64,000 bases of DNA, taken from the IMG/VR virus record IMGVR_UViG_3300035698_016731, positions 15,775 through 79,774 of that record; one strand, given 5' to 3'. Both the position numbers and the translations under genes were made by a program. Of this stretch, positions 29,676-39,860 are shown in pieces; the first letter of the stretch is position 1, and each line of letters opens with the position of its first letter. Source of the DNA: a virus. The notes beneath the pieces were generated by a model that saw nothing but the letters and a program-made list of their open reading frames with translations, was not told where the DNA came from and did no database searches.

Positions 29676-32600
29676 TCCTCATCAATCTGGTTTGTCTTTC
29701 GATTGCTGTTTTAATTGGACCACGTACCAACTTATCCATATCATCAACACCATATATCGGAGCATGGTTATGAATATTTATTACTATACCTCCAGATATT
29801 GGGTCACCTCCACCTCCACCAACACTAGGGGTAGGCATAATTCCTGGTCCACCACCAACAGTCCTTGATGGACTAATTCTTATAGGAGGAATTGGGTCAT
29901 GAGAACCTTTTCCATGAGTAAGAACCTCTCTAAATATATCAGGAACTTTTCTTAATGGTAATATAGCTTCATTTCCATGAAGAATAGTAGGCATACCACC
30001 AGGCATAGGCTTTATAAATCCACCTCTACTCATTCCATAACCTACTGGATATCCACCAACTACCTCATTTCCAGCCCAATCTGGAGCTTCTGATGATGAT
30101 GGCGAAGAATATGTTCCAGGAGCAACTTGACCAGAAAGCTCAGCCATTGCCATTTCAGGACTTATTTGCTTTGTTCTAATCATAGAACCATAAGCATCAC
30201 CAGTTCCTCTATCTATTCCAAAGTTTTCCATTAACCAAAGTGCCCAATCTTCTCCACTACCCCAACCATCAGCATCTTCCCCTACATATTTTTCTATTTG
30301 GTCTTTCCAAAGAAATTTATCTGGGTCTTTATTCTGAAATGCTCCACCAACAAGGCTTCCAAGCAAATTACCAATAGCTGCACCAATTGGACCAAAAGTG
30401 CTTCCTATATAAGTTCCAATTAGTCCACCAATACCTTTTTCGGGTGAACCAGTTACTATATCCATAATACTTAATAAATAAGGTAAAGCTGTTACTGCTT
30501 TACCCATTAAACCTTTTGCTCCAGTTGCAGCTCCTGCTCCTTTTGCTCCTGCTGCAACTCCAGTTCCTGGTGTTCCTGCATAGTGTAGACCCATATATTC
30601 TGATAACTGTGCTCCAGTTACTCCTGTTGTTCCCATCATATCAGTCATTCCAGGGAAAAATCCTGATATTGCTGGAGCTGAAAGTGAGACTCCATAAGAA
30701 GTAGTTGGACCAGTACCCATTCCAAAGAAATTTTTCATACCTGCAACAAATCCTGTATCTTTAACATTCAAAGCATCTCCACCTGCAGCAGCACCAGCCA
30801 GAGTATATCCTGCATTAGCCGATGTAGCAACACCTTCAGCCTGAAACCATTTCATAGGATTCAGAGCACTAAGGCTAAAACCTGTACCTCCTAATAGACT
30901 GCTTAAAAATTCAGTAAAGAACCAATTGGTTACCATTTCAGCAACCATGTCTAAGAAAGAAGCCAGTATTGAATCCCAAAGAGAATCTAAGAAACTTCCA
31001 AAAGTCATACTATCTTGCATCATAGCTAAGATACCTGATTTGAAAGTGCCTTTCATGCTTGTAGCCATTTCTTCCCACATGTCTTTATAACTAAGAGTAG
31101 ATTCATACAACTTATCCCAAAAATGGTATGCTGTGCCTTTTAAATCATAAAACATTAAAATCCAAGCATTTTTCATTCGAGTAAGAATTGGTCCAGTTTT
31201 TGTATTATACTTCTCAATCATTTGCAACATCTCTTCATAATGTGCTTTTGCCTTTTCTTGAGCTATTTTTAACTCTTTCATCTTTTTTTCTAATTCTTTT
31301 TTTCTAAGAATATCAGATTCAGATAATTGCTTCTTTTCAGCAGTTTGTTTCTTTTCAAGATGCTTTACAAATTTATCATATTCTTTTTCAAGTAAATCTA
31401 CTTTATCTTGAAAATGTTTATAGTCCCATGCTGCTTGTACAATTAGAGCTTTCTTTTTCACAAGTAGCTCTTCACTATTCATGCTTTTTAAATCTTTAAG
31501 ATACTGAGCTAATTTCTTTTTTTTGTCTTCAAAAAACTCATCTTGTGTTTTGGAAATATTATTATATGCATCAGCAGCTTCCTTTTGCCAATCTTTAGTT
31601 TCCTCAGTTAAATGTTCATATCCTTCACTTGCATTCCAAAGAGCCAGAGTTAGCTTATCATAACCAGGAATAATCAGCCTGAGTCCTACCTCATGCTCCA
31701 CCATAAATTCAAAAGCCTTAAAGAATAAATCAGAAAGCCATTGGAAAAAATCATTAAACTTAGCTTTCCAACCTGCTATTGAAGTATATATATAAGCTCC
31801 TAATACATCCAGACTAGATATTCCTACATCTTTAAAATAGACAAAAGTCAAACCAGCATCAACTAAATCTTGTTTCAATACTTCTAAACTAAAGGAAAGA
31901 ACTGCAAAAGTGAGTTTACCTTGTAAAAACAAACTCATCGTAACCCAAGTCATTTTCAATATCACATCAATACCTGTTTTCATAATATCTATCATGAATT
32001 GTGCAAATTCTGCTACTTCATGTCTATTACTTTTTATATATTCAATAGCTGCTTTTAGACCAGTTTGCATATCTAAGAAAAACTTTTGAAGTTCTGGCTT
32101 GAAAGATTCAAATATTTCTATTTTAAGCTCTGTGAAAAGATTCTTGACTACTTTTGCATACCCATCAGTAGTGTTCATGATTTCACGGAACATCCTATCT
32201 GCTTCACCAACAGAGTCTGTTAATATTTCTACATATTCTTGTATAGAGTCTATGCCTAATCGCTGTCTTTCAATAACAGATGCCATTCCAGCACCACCTC
32301 TAACTCCAAATAATCCTATGGCATCTGTTGCATCCATAGTTGAAATAGCAAGTCTGGCAACGATTTCTGAAAAGGTTTTAGTTTGAGGATTTATTTCATT
32401 AAAATTTACTTTAAGGTCTTTGAGGATTTTAACCTGTCTACCACCAGCACCATTCATCTTTTCCCATTCACTTATACTGGCTTTTTGTATTTCAGTAAGT
32501 CCAGACATGCTTCCTTTTACTTGAGCACCAACTCTTAACAATGCACTCATACTCATTCTAAGCTGAGTACCTACTCTACTTCCAGTAAGTCCTAAGTCAG

Positions 32601-33285
32601 CAAATCGGGCAACTGCTGCAGTAGCTTCTTCCAAACTCCATCCAAGTGAGGAAGCAATTGGACCAGCATAACGCATAGCATCAGCTAAGTTCTCCATACT
32701 TAAAAGAGATGTAGTAATAGCCAAAGAAAAAATATCAGCAACACGGCTAGTATCTTTAGTAGTCCTTCCAAACTGCTTCATAGTTGCAGCAACCATTTCA
32801 GTAGTCCTACTCATATCAGCCATAGTAATACCAGCTAACCTCACACTGGCTGCTGTTGCATCCATAATGTCTTTAGCCTGATAACCAGCACGAGCAAAAG
32901 ACAACATAGCATTACCAATTTTGTCAGCAGAGTACTTACTTGTTCTAGCTAATTCAAGAGCTTTCTTTGAAAGCTGGTCTTGAACCATCATCATTTCATG
33001 ACCAACTTTTCCTGTGATAACAGCAGTTTGTTTCATGGTACTTTCAAACTGCATTCCAACTTGTGCTGAACTAACTAGCAATTTTCCCATAGCTAATGTG
33101 GTAGCACCAATGGCTGCAGTTGCATACAGACCAAATTGATTTAAGGCTGAACGTATTTTACCAGTCTCTTTTTCAACTCCAGCAAATGATTTTTCAAGAG
33201 TCTTGGTAGCCATTACAGCATGAGACACATCACCCTTGATTAAAATATAGGCTGTCGCCATAGGATTGTTGCCACCGAAAGCCAA
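29656..33285 (-). CDS. Tail tape measure protein (TP901-type)
   Basis: FESTMKQ, LARTSKYSA, AMRYAGPIA..LGWSLEE, GLTGSRVGTQLR; TTG start after AAGGAG. Confidence 0.93.
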   Translation of the reverse strand: MAFGGNNPMATAYILIKGDVSHAVMATKTLEKSFAGVEKETGKIRSALNQFGLYATAAIGATTLAMGKLLVSSAQVGMQFESTMKQTAVITGKVGHEMMMVQDQLSKKALELARTSKYSADKIGNAMLSFARAGYQAKDIMDATAASVRLAGITMADMSRTTEMVAATMKQFGRTTKDTSRVADIFSLAITTSLLSMENLADAMRYAGPIASSLGWSLEEATAAVARFADLGLTGSRVGTQLRMSMSALLRVGAQVKGSMSGLTEIQKASISEWEKMNGAGGRQVKILKDLKVNFNEINPQTKTFSEIVARLAISTMDATDAIGLFGVRGGAGMASVIERQRLGIDSIQEYVEILTDSVGEADRMFREIMNTTDGYAKVVKNLFTELKIEIFESFKPELQKFFLDMQTGLKAAIEYIKSNRHEVAEFAQFMIDIMKTGIDVILKMTWVTMSLFLQGKLTFAVLSFSLEVLKQDLVDAGLTFVYFKDVGISSLDVLGAYIYTSIAGWKAKFNDFFQWLSDLFFKAFEFMVEHEVGLRLIIPGYDKLTLALWNASEGYEHLTEETKDWQKEAADAYNNISKTQDEFFEDKKKKLAQYLKDLKSMNSEELLVKKKALIVQAAWDYKHFQDKVDLLEKEYDKFVKHLEKKQTAEKKQLSESDILRKKELEKKMKELKIAQEKAKAHYEEMLQMIEKYNTKTGPILTRMKNAWILMFYDLKGTAYHFWDKLYESTLSYKDMWEEMATSMKGTFKSGILAMMQDSMTFGSFLDSLWDSILASFLDMVAEMVTNWFFTEFLSSLLGGTGFSLSALNPMKWFQAEGVATSANAGYTLAGAAAGGDALNVKDTGFVAGMKNFFGMGTGPTTSYGVSLSAPAISGFFPGMTDMMGTTGVTGAQLSEYMGLHYAGTPGTGVAAGAKGAGAATGAKGLMGKAVTALPYLLSIMDIVTGSPEKGIGGLIGTYIGSTFGPIGAAIGNLLGSLVGGAFQNKDPDKFLWKDQIEKYVGEDADGWGSGEDWALWLMENFGIDRGTGDAYGSMIRTKQISPEMAMAELSGQVAPGTYSSPSSSEAPDWAGNEVVGGYPVGYGMSRGGFIKPMPGGMPTILHGNEAILPLRKVPDIFREVLTHGKGSHDPIPPIRISPSRTVGGGPGIMPTPSVGGGGGDPISGGIVINIHNHAPIYGVDDMDKLVRGPIKTAIERQTRLMRSASSRG

Positions 33286-33301
33286 TTTAATTTCTCCTTA
33301 T

Positions 33302-33661
33302 TTATATGGACATCTTTTTCTTTTTGTTCTTAAAATAATCTTTAAAAAACTCAGGACTGCGATTTGAAGCTACGATACCTTTTTTGTCTTCTTTCCAATC
33401 AAAGTCTTTAGATTCACCAATGTCAACTTCTATGTGTGGTTGAGCTAAAGCACTTTTAACTCCTGCTTCAAGTTTGTTATAGAAATTGCTAAAAGCTCTT
33501 TTATCACCAATAGCTGAGACTCTAATTAAATTAGACATCATCTTCATCTCTTCAAACCTCTTTCTTGTAAGTGAAGCTGAGAACTCGATAATCTGCGTAA
33601 GAGTTAATCTTCTAATCTCTTCCAATCCCAATCCCATCTCACAAGAGAGATGTACTACCAT
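33302..33661 (-). CDS. Tail assembly chaperone, frameshift extension (gpGT-like)
   Basis: Open in the -1 frame from the slippery site; GLEEIRRLTLTQI. Confidence 0.8.
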   Translation of the reverse strand: MVVHLSCEMGLGLEEIRRLTLTQIIEFSASLTRKRFEEMKMMSNLIRVSAIGDKRAFSNFYNKLEAGVKSALAQPHIEVDIGESKDFDWKEDKKGIVASNRSPEFFKDYFKNKKKKMSI

Positions 33662-33681
33662 ATCAGCTATAGTCTGTAATC

Positions 33682-34140
33682 CTAGTTTTCTTGCTTGGGC
33701 AGGGTTGACTTGCCTAGCTTTTCCAGTCTCCCCCTGATTTCCAAAAAAAGTTTTGCTGCTTCAATAAGCTCAACTTCATTTATTTCAAGCCATTTGTCCA
33801 CTATCTTCAGAAAATCAACTAAGGGCATTCCTTTCATTTCTTCTTCTCCAAGACTTGAACAAACTGCGATAATCTGTCTCATAACAGCTATGTCTTCTCT
33901 TCTTATCATATTAAATACAGGAGCACCAGGCTGGAAAACTAATATAAATTTTATAATTGTAGCAGTAGCAATCTCCAGAGACTCAACACTTATTCTCCAA
34001 ATCTGAACTACTCTTTTCCCTACAACAAGAGATGTCTTGGTGTTAAGGATTTCTGCAGTAGGTGAAGGCTTACTGTCCTCAGGGATAGCTTCAACTATGT
34101 CTTCAGTTTTTTTCTTTTCTTCCACTTTATCTTCCTCCAA
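33682..34140 (-). CDS. Tail assembly chaperone (gpG-like)
   Basis: Between tail tube and TMP; contains slippery site. Confidence 0.75.
   Translation of the reverse strand: MEEDKVEEKKKTEDIVEAIPEDSKPSPTAEILNTKTSLVVGKRVVQIWRISVESLEIATATIIKFILVFQPGAPVFNMIRREDIAVMRQIIAVCSSLGEEEMKGMPLVDFLKIVDKWLEINEVELIEAAKLFLEIRGRLEKLGKSTLPKQEN
33742..33748 (-). promoter_or_regulatory. Programmed -1 ribosomal frameshift site T TTT TTG
   Basis: CTT TTT TTG in frame; the -1 frame has no stop until 33302. Confidence 0.8.
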
Positions 34141-34176
34141 TAAATTGTTAATTATATTTAAAATTCAATCTTTATA

Positions 34177-34515
34177 TTACGATATTCTGCTGTTAATCAA
34201 ATCCTTGAGGTCATTCATTTTTTGAGTGAACTCTTTGGGTGAGACGAGTGCTCTGTCATTGTAGTAAGCCATAATCAAAGGTCTGAAGGGCAACATGCCT
34301 CTATTAACTAGATAAAACAAACACTGACCGATTTTATTTCTATCCTTTGATTGTGAAATACGTCTTACTGACTCCATAGTAATTTTTGGATTTACAATTT
34401 CTATAGTTCCATCATTCTTTACCAGAGCAATCTCGTCACACCATAAAAAAGCAGTTATACGGATGTCCGTATGCTGTATCTTTTCTTCTCTTTTAGTTTC
34501 AATCTCGTTTCCCAT
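34177..34515 (-). CDS. DUF5659-like protein
   Basis: TDIRITAFL...YYNDRALVSPKEF...LKDLI pattern. Confidence 0.5.
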   Translation of the reverse strand: MGNEIETKREEKIQHTDIRITAFLWCDEIALVKNDGTIEIVNPKITMESVRRISQSKDRNKIGQCLFYLVNRGMLPFRPLIMAYYNDRALVSPKEFTQKMNDLKDLINSRIS

Positions 34516-34541
34516 TCTTAATCTCCTTTTCTTAGGTTATA

Positions 34542-35045
34542 TTAACCTTTTGTATTAGTTAGTTCCCTATAACCAAAACGGTTTCCATTACTGTCATCTT
34601 TTAAACATTTAAAAGAAGCAGGCACGGATGTCACTTCACCTCTACCAAGAGTAATCTGACCAGCTTCCATCGAACACGCTCTGAAGATATACCAAACCTG
34701 ATAGGTAAGGCTGTCACCAGTAGGAGCTGCTGCATTTATTGTGAGTGTGTGCTCATTAGCTCCATCTTCTGTTCCAAGAGCAAGGAAAGTTCCACCAATA
34801 AGTAGTGAACCCTCCTGGTCCCAGACAGTTTTTAAGTTGTTCATAGTCAATTCTGAGAAAGCTGTTTCTATTGTCATAGTCTCATTGGTAAGGAAAGTCT
34901 TAATTGTTCCTTTGACTTGTTCCACAACTGCATCATTGTAGTCTCTCTCAATGCGAATCGTAGTGGGTTCAGTCGTGTAGCCAATATCTACACCATCGAT
35001 TTTGAATTCAGCATTTGCTGACAATATAAAATTTCTGTCACCCAT
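34542..35045 (-). CDS. Major tail tube protein
   Basis: DIGYT, IETAFSELTMNNL, IFRA, VPASFKCL; position. Confidence 0.8.
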   Translation of the reverse strand: MGDRNFILSANAEFKIDGVDIGYTTEPTTIRIERDYNDAVVEQVKGTIKTFLTNETMTIETAFSELTMNNLKTVWDQEGSLLIGGTFLALGTEDGANEHTLTINAAAPTGDSLTYQVWYIFRACSMEAGQITLGRGEVTSVPASFKCLKDDSNGNRFGYRELTNTKG

Positions 35046-35062
35046 TAGGAGTCCTCCTTATT

Positions 35063-35557
35063 TCAAGACTTAAAATACCAATCCATTACTACTACCACGT
35101 CAGTTCTCCATACATCAATCTCATCCTCTAATCTTGTATTTAATCTACTTAGCACTATTGCATTATTAATTTGTACCTGACTATCACTTAGGTCTGGTCC
35201 AACAAGAGTGCCTGGTTGAAAGATACGTTGAATGCGACCTGCAATCACATCACAATATATCCTATCTCTTATTTCCTCTGTTTTAAAAGTAATAAAATCT
35301 CCTCTTCCTACAATTATAGCAAAATTAATTATAGTTTGTCGATATTCATCAATTCTATCCACTACACTCACTGTATTCTCATCCCAGAAACAAACACAAG
35401 GGTACTTAGCCATCATATCTGGTGTTCCTGAAAATATTCGATAATTACTTGATGAATGGTCCATCAAAGCAACCAAATCACTATCAGCAATTAAAAAATT
35501 ATAAATTGCAAGCATTAAGTATCGCAAATCTTTTGTGCTTTCAGCTGCTGTGCTCAT
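35063..35557 (-). CDS. Tail terminator/completion protein
   Basis: AIYNFLIAD..L..L, YPCV.F; position. Confidence 0.7.
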   Translation of the reverse strand: MSTAAESTKDLRYLMLAIYNFLIADSDLVALMDHSSSNYRIFSGTPDMMAKYPCVCFWDENTVSVVDRIDEYRQTIINFAIIVGRGDFITFKTEEIRDRIYCDVIAGRIQRIFQPGTLVGPDLSDSQVQINNAIVLSRLNTRLEDEIDVWRTDVVVVMDWYFKS

Positions 35558-36168
35558 AATTTTTTGTACCTCTTCATTATAGGCTTAAATGTCGAATTGT
35601 AATAACGACTTTTCAAAACATCCATAACTTGGTCAAGTAGATGTTTCAACACATTTCCCCATTCCTGTTGTGCAGTTGGAAGGAGATATGGTCTTGGAGG
35701 CATGCCTGCAACTTGTTTTGCAAAATACCATAAGCCACCACTTTTCCAAGCAAGTATTCTTTTTTTTACAGGTTTTATGTAACGCATTTTTGGACCATAG
35801 ATACCTGTTCCTTTTTCAAAATAAATACCATAACTTACCTTATTACCAAAATATATTTCCACATTAGTAAACTGAGCTTTTTTAACAACAGATTCAATAC
35901 CTTTTACAAGATTCCCTGTTCTCTTAGATTTTATTGTCCTTTTATATCCTGTTATTAATTTCCTCAACCTTATTTTAGCATTCTTCACTAAAATCTCATC
36001 ACAGGCTCTTTTCATCATCTTTACCCAATCTAATTTTACTCGGTTCTGGATAAATTTCAAATCATCAGCAATCTGGTCAAAGTTTGTATAGACTACAAAA
36101 GTATCTCCACCTGGTCCAAGTTCAGTCTTCTGTTTTGCTAAATCACCAGTTATTGTAATATCACTCAT
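35554..36168 (-). CDS. HK97 gp10-like tail completion protein
   Basis: RTGNL, YGIYFEKGTG, GMPPRPYLLP. Confidence 0.8.
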   Translation of the reverse strand: MSDITITGDLAKQKTELGPGGDTFVVYTNFDQIADDLKFIQNRVKLDWVKMMKRACDEILVKNAKIRLRKLITGYKRTIKSKRTGNLVKGIESVVKKAQFTNVEIYFGNKVSYGIYFEKGTGIYGPKMRYIKPVKKRILAWKSGGLWYFAKQVAGMPPRPYLLPTAQQEWGNVLKHLLDQVMDVLKSRYYNSTFKPIMKRYKKL

Positions 36169-36524
36169 TATATTTTCTCAGCTATCATTAGAAGATGACT
36201 ATATCTTCCAACATTGTCTTTCTTTGCTTCTACTTTTACAATTTCATAATTCTCTAGTTCATTGCTAGGAGTTCGAAATTGAAGAGTCATCCCTTCTTTT
36301 ATATCAGCATCATACTCTCCAGTAACAAACCAAGAGTTTGTTCTATCCAATCCTGCTGAAGTAACTTCTAAGAAACGATATATCTCAGTAGTTCCCATAG
36401 TTTTACGACATCTATAATTTCTCTTGATAATGTTTTCAAGTTTTTTCAAGCCACCATAGCCATCAGGAACATTCTCCTGAATCATAAGCACTTTAGCTAT
36501 GTCAGATAATCCACTAGTAAGCAT
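36168..36524 (-). CDS. Head closure (stopper) protein
   Basis: DGYGG, DIKEG, YEIVKV; position. Confidence 0.7.
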   Translation of the reverse strand: MLTSGLSDIAKVLMIQENVPDGYGGLKKLENIIKRNYRCRKTMGTTEIYRFLEVTSAGLDRTNSWFVTGEYDADIKEGMTLQFRTPSNELENYEIVKVEAKKDNVGRYSHLLMIAEKI

Positions 36525-37198
36525 TAAACAGCTCCCATGTCTATAACTTTTACACAGTAAGGTTTTAACAGCAAATCTATTTCAGGATAACCAGTAAGAA
36601 TAGGAATGCTCTTTCCATAATTTTTGCTAATCCCTTTTCCAGTTTCATACTCATAATCTGTCCAACGTTCATGTTGCACCATTCGACTTTTCAAATATCC
36701 TGGTTTCAGAATATCTCTTACCAGCAAAACACAGGCTTTCTTTATCGAAACAGGAACTGAGCTATGTCCAAAAGATGCTGTAATTCTGAAATTTTGCTGT
36801 CCTAGTGTCCACACACCTCTACTCAATACAGCTCTTCTCACCGAACTCCAATATTCAGCTATCTCTATTCGATGTGGGTCACTATCTGGTATAAAATAAT
36901 CTGTACTAGTAAGAGTAGTTCCATCACCCCAATCATCTTCCAAATCATCTCTCTCAACTATTGAAGTAATTGATTGAATTGGTAAACTTACATAAGGATA
37001 CAACCACATCATACTACTACCAGTTCCAGAAACATCAAGAACCTTTGCTACACTGTCATTAAAATTATTTTTTGTTTTATCCTCTATAATATCTTCCACA
37101 TCTGCAATTATAGCTGTAATATCTGATGTTTGAAAGTTATCTGGAATTTGAAAAGTCCTTCCAATCCCTTCTATATCATCTCGGTCACAGTAAGCCAT
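36524..37198 (-). CDS. Head-tail adaptor protein
   Basis: MAYC..DDI, FG...VPVSIKKAC, EIDLLLKPY. Confidence 0.8.
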   Translation of the reverse strand: MAYCDRDDIEGIGRTFQIPDNFQTSDITAIIADVEDIIEDKTKNNFNDSVAKVLDVSGTGSSMMWLYPYVSLPIQSITSIVERDDLEDDWGDGTTLTSTDYFIPDSDPHRIEIAEYWSSVRRAVLSRGVWTLGQQNFRITASFGHSSVPVSIKKACVLLVRDILKPGYLKSRMVQHERWTDYEYETGKGISKNYGKSIPILTGYPEIDLLLKPYCVKVIDMGAV

Positions 37199-37259
37199 GT
37201 ACTACTCCTCTTTTATCATTCAATCTTATATTTTATTTTTCATGACTGTCGTTTTAGTT

Positions 37260-37577
37260 TTATATATCTATAAAAGCAACGATTTCTCTAATATTCTTAT
37301 TATAGTCCTTATAATTATTCATATGGCCAACATGAAAGTGGCAGTCACCACATAAAGCTACTAAGTTATACATATCTAAGGTTAGAGTAGGGTTTATGTG
37401 ACGAGGGATTATATGGTGTACTTCTATATCCTTCTTATATCCACAAATCCTGCACCACTTTCCAAATCTCTTTAGAAATATTCCACGAGTCTTTTGCCAA
37501 CGATAATTTAATGTAGCATTATCTGGAGCAAGAATATTAAGAACATGTCGTTCAATAGTTTTAGTAATAGGAATCAT
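37260..37577 (-). CDS. Small HNH endonuclease
   Basis: CRICG, EVHHIIP, NLVALCGDCH. Confidence 0.88.
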   Translation of the reverse strand: MIPITKTIERHVLNILAPDNATLNYRWQKTRGIFLKRFGKWCRICGYKKDIEVHHIIPRHINPTLTLDMYNLVALCGDCHFHVGHMNNYKDYNKNIREIVAFIDI

Positions 37578-38611
37578 ATCCAGTCTCCTCTTATTCCCAA
37601 TTTGTCATTAAAGTCAGGATACCAAGTCTTAGGAGTCTTGTTATTATAAAGCTCTAATCTCTCTTTAGTCCATTCTTGTGCTCCTTGTTTCTTTGCCCAT
37701 TCAGCCATAATCTCTATGCCCTTATCAAGTCCAATACTTTCCTTATAGCCTAAAAACTTTTCAGATTTCTTATAAGAACAATAAGCATACTTCACCTCAC
37801 AAGGTCTATCAGGCAGATACTCTATCTTCCATCCCTTTACTCCCATAGCCTTGATAACTTTTTCAGCTAAAACATTTACAGTTATATCAACTTTTCCTCC
37901 AATATTGATAGTCTCTCCATTAACCTTATCAGACAAACATTTAACATAACAGCCCAAGCTATCTTCAACATAACTGAAAGCTCTCTTCTGATTTCCATCT
38001 CCATAGATATAAATAGGTTCATTTCTCATAATCCTATTCATAAATATTGCAATTACATTTCTAAACTTATCTCTCAAACATTGATTCTTTCCAAAAACAT
38101 TGTGAGGTCTAATAATTGTATAATTAAAATCATGAACTTCAGAAAGTATCTCAGTATTCTGTTCCATGGCTGCTTTAGATACAGCATACACATCATCAGG
38201 CTCTCTTCTCATATCCTCTGAGAATGGAGGAACTTGACTGCCATATACAGCCATACTGCTAAACAAAACCACCTTCTTCAGCTTCTTAGTCTTGATAGCA
38301 GATATCAATACATTCATATAAGCATTAAGATTATCTTCAGTCATTTGTAGAGGAGAAAACTGTGAAGCTCCTTCTCTGGCTGTAGCAGCAAGATGGAATA
38401 TAACTTCAGGTTCAACATAACGAATATAACTTCCAACTTCTTTCTGTCTTTTAAGTTCAACTCTATTAAATTTTTGTTTATATAAATCAATATTCTCCTC
38501 ATTTCCACCACTCATATTATCAGCACCAAACACTTCGTGTCCATCATCACATAACTTGTGAGCCACATGACTTCCCATGAAGCCTGCTGAACCTGTAACA
38601 AGAATCTTCAT
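37574..38611 (-). CDS. NAD-dependent nucleotide-sugar epimerase/dehydratase
   Basis: VTGSAGFMGS, HLAA, SSMAVYG, YAVSK, RPHNVFG, YGDGNQKRAF. Confidence 0.93.
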   Translation of the reverse strand: MKILVTGSAGFMGSHVAHKLCDDGHEVFGADNMSGGNEENIDLYKQKFNRVELKRQKEVGSYIRYVEPEVIFHLAATAREGASQFSPLQMTEDNLNAYMNVLISAIKTKKLKKVVLFSSMAVYGSQVPPFSEDMRREPDDVYAVSKAAMEQNTEILSEVHDFNYTIIRPHNVFGKNQCLRDKFRNVIAIFMNRIMRNEPIYIYGDGNQKRAFSYVEDSLGCYVKCLSDKVNGETINIGGKVDITVNVLAEKVIKAMGVKGWKIEYLPDRPCEVKYAYCSYKKSEKFLGYKESIGLDKGIEIMAEWAKKQGAQEWTKERLELYNNKTPKTWYPDFNDKLGIRGDWI

Positions 38612-38619
38612 ATCGCCTC

Positions 38620-38781
38620 CTATTGGATATCTTCTTGGCGAGGCAATGAGCTTTCACCCTTGTCCTCAATAACTTTTTCGCACTCATCACAGAGTTCTTT
38701 GTCTTCATCTCCAAAAGAAGCATAGAAAATCTCACCACAAGATTTACAATTCTTTTCATATCTAACTACCATTGAACACAT
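38620..38781 (-). CDS. Small zinc-finger protein (53 aa, not in ORF track)
   Basis: GGAGGT RBS; MCSMVVRYEKNCKSCGEIF...LCDECEK... Confidence 0.65.
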   Translation of the reverse strand: MCSMVVRYEKNCKSCGEIFYASFGDEDKELCDECEKVIEDKGESSLPRQEDIQ

Positions 38782-38792
38782 TAAATACCTCC

Positions 38793-39860
38793 TTATTTTC
38801 CCTTCTTAATGATGTTAATCATTTTCTCTAATCTATGTTTTATAGTATGATTGCTGACAGTATAATCATATACCATCTTTGCTTTAAATTTCGTTTCTTC
38901 TTCATGATGTAAAGAGTGATACACTAAAGCCTTTATTTGCTCATAATCAAGGTCGAAGAGATGTGGCAACTTATGAGTATAGTAATGATTATAGTAATAT
39001 ACAGAATGTAATGGAAATAATTCTTCAAGAGTAGGAACATAGTTTGTAATAAGCAATCTATTACAAGCAGCAAGTTCAAAATTGTGGAAGCTTGTATCAT
39101 AATGTCCTGTACGATTAAAGGTTATTCTCCCCTTTTGTATAATTTTTGCATAATCCTTACCAAAGTGATTGCCCTTATAAATACGAACATCAAAATCTTT
39201 CGACAATCTATAAAGTAATTCACCTCTTTCTTGGTATTCATATTCAGACATAAACTTATCAGATTTACTGTTCAAGTCATCTGGAAACTTAGACATAAAT
39301 CTAAATCCATCTTTATCAACTCTATCGTGATAAATATACTTCTTATTAATTCCTGGCTCTCCAACAAAAGCAATATCACATTCAGGTTTAACATCCATGT
39401 CATAAATTCTATCATTTTCATAACCACAAGGAAGCCAAATTGGAGACATACCTCGAATCTGAAAGTGGCAGTTATAATACTTAAAAGAAAGAAATACAAA
39501 ATCAAAATGTCCATCAAATATTAAATCCCTAAAAGGTCTTCCACCCCTGTGAATATCAAATACCCAACAAGCACTTTTAATACCATTAGGACAATTACCT
39601 TTAAACCAGAATCCAGGTTCTAGTTGAAGTATTAAATCAAAATCTCTTCCTGCTTTACCAAGAATTTCATCATAGGTATATGTTTCTGGAAATGATTTTC
39701 GAGGTAGAAGTGGTATATCTGCAGTATCATATGGTCCACATGTGGTAACAGTATGCCCCATTTTTCTAAATTCTGCAATAGCAACTTGAGAAGCACACCA
39801 GTTTACTTTCTCTCCAGTGCATGCTAAAATTTTCATTTTTATCCTCCCCATCCTATACAT
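38793..39860 (-). CDS. CgeB-like (GT-B) glycosyltransferase
   Basis: WLPCGY, CDIAFVG, ITFNR...NFELAAC..LLITN, HTIKHRL; start probably 39836. Confidence 0.8.
   Translation of the reverse strand: MYRMGRIKMKILACTGEKVNWCASQVAIAEFRKMGHTVTTCGPYDTADIPLLPRKSFPETYTYDEILGKAGRDFDLILQLEPGFWFKGNCPNGIKSACWVFDIHRGGRPFRDLIFDGHFDFVFLSFKYYNCHFQIRGMSPIWLPCGYENDRIYDMDVKPECDIAFVGEPGINKKYIYHDRVDKDGFRFMSKFPDDLNSKSDKFMSEYEYQERGELLYRLSKDFDVRIYKGNHFGKDYAKIIQKGRITFNRTGHYDTSFHNFELAACNRLLITNYVPTLEELFPLHSVYYYNHYYTHKLPHLFDLDYEQIKALVYHSLHHEEETKFKAKMVYDYTVSNHTIKHRLEKMINIIKKGK

Noticed and set aside
38547-38759. 70 aa ORF from the track
   Set aside because: The alternative frame 38620-38781 has an RBS, CxxC pairs and no large overlap
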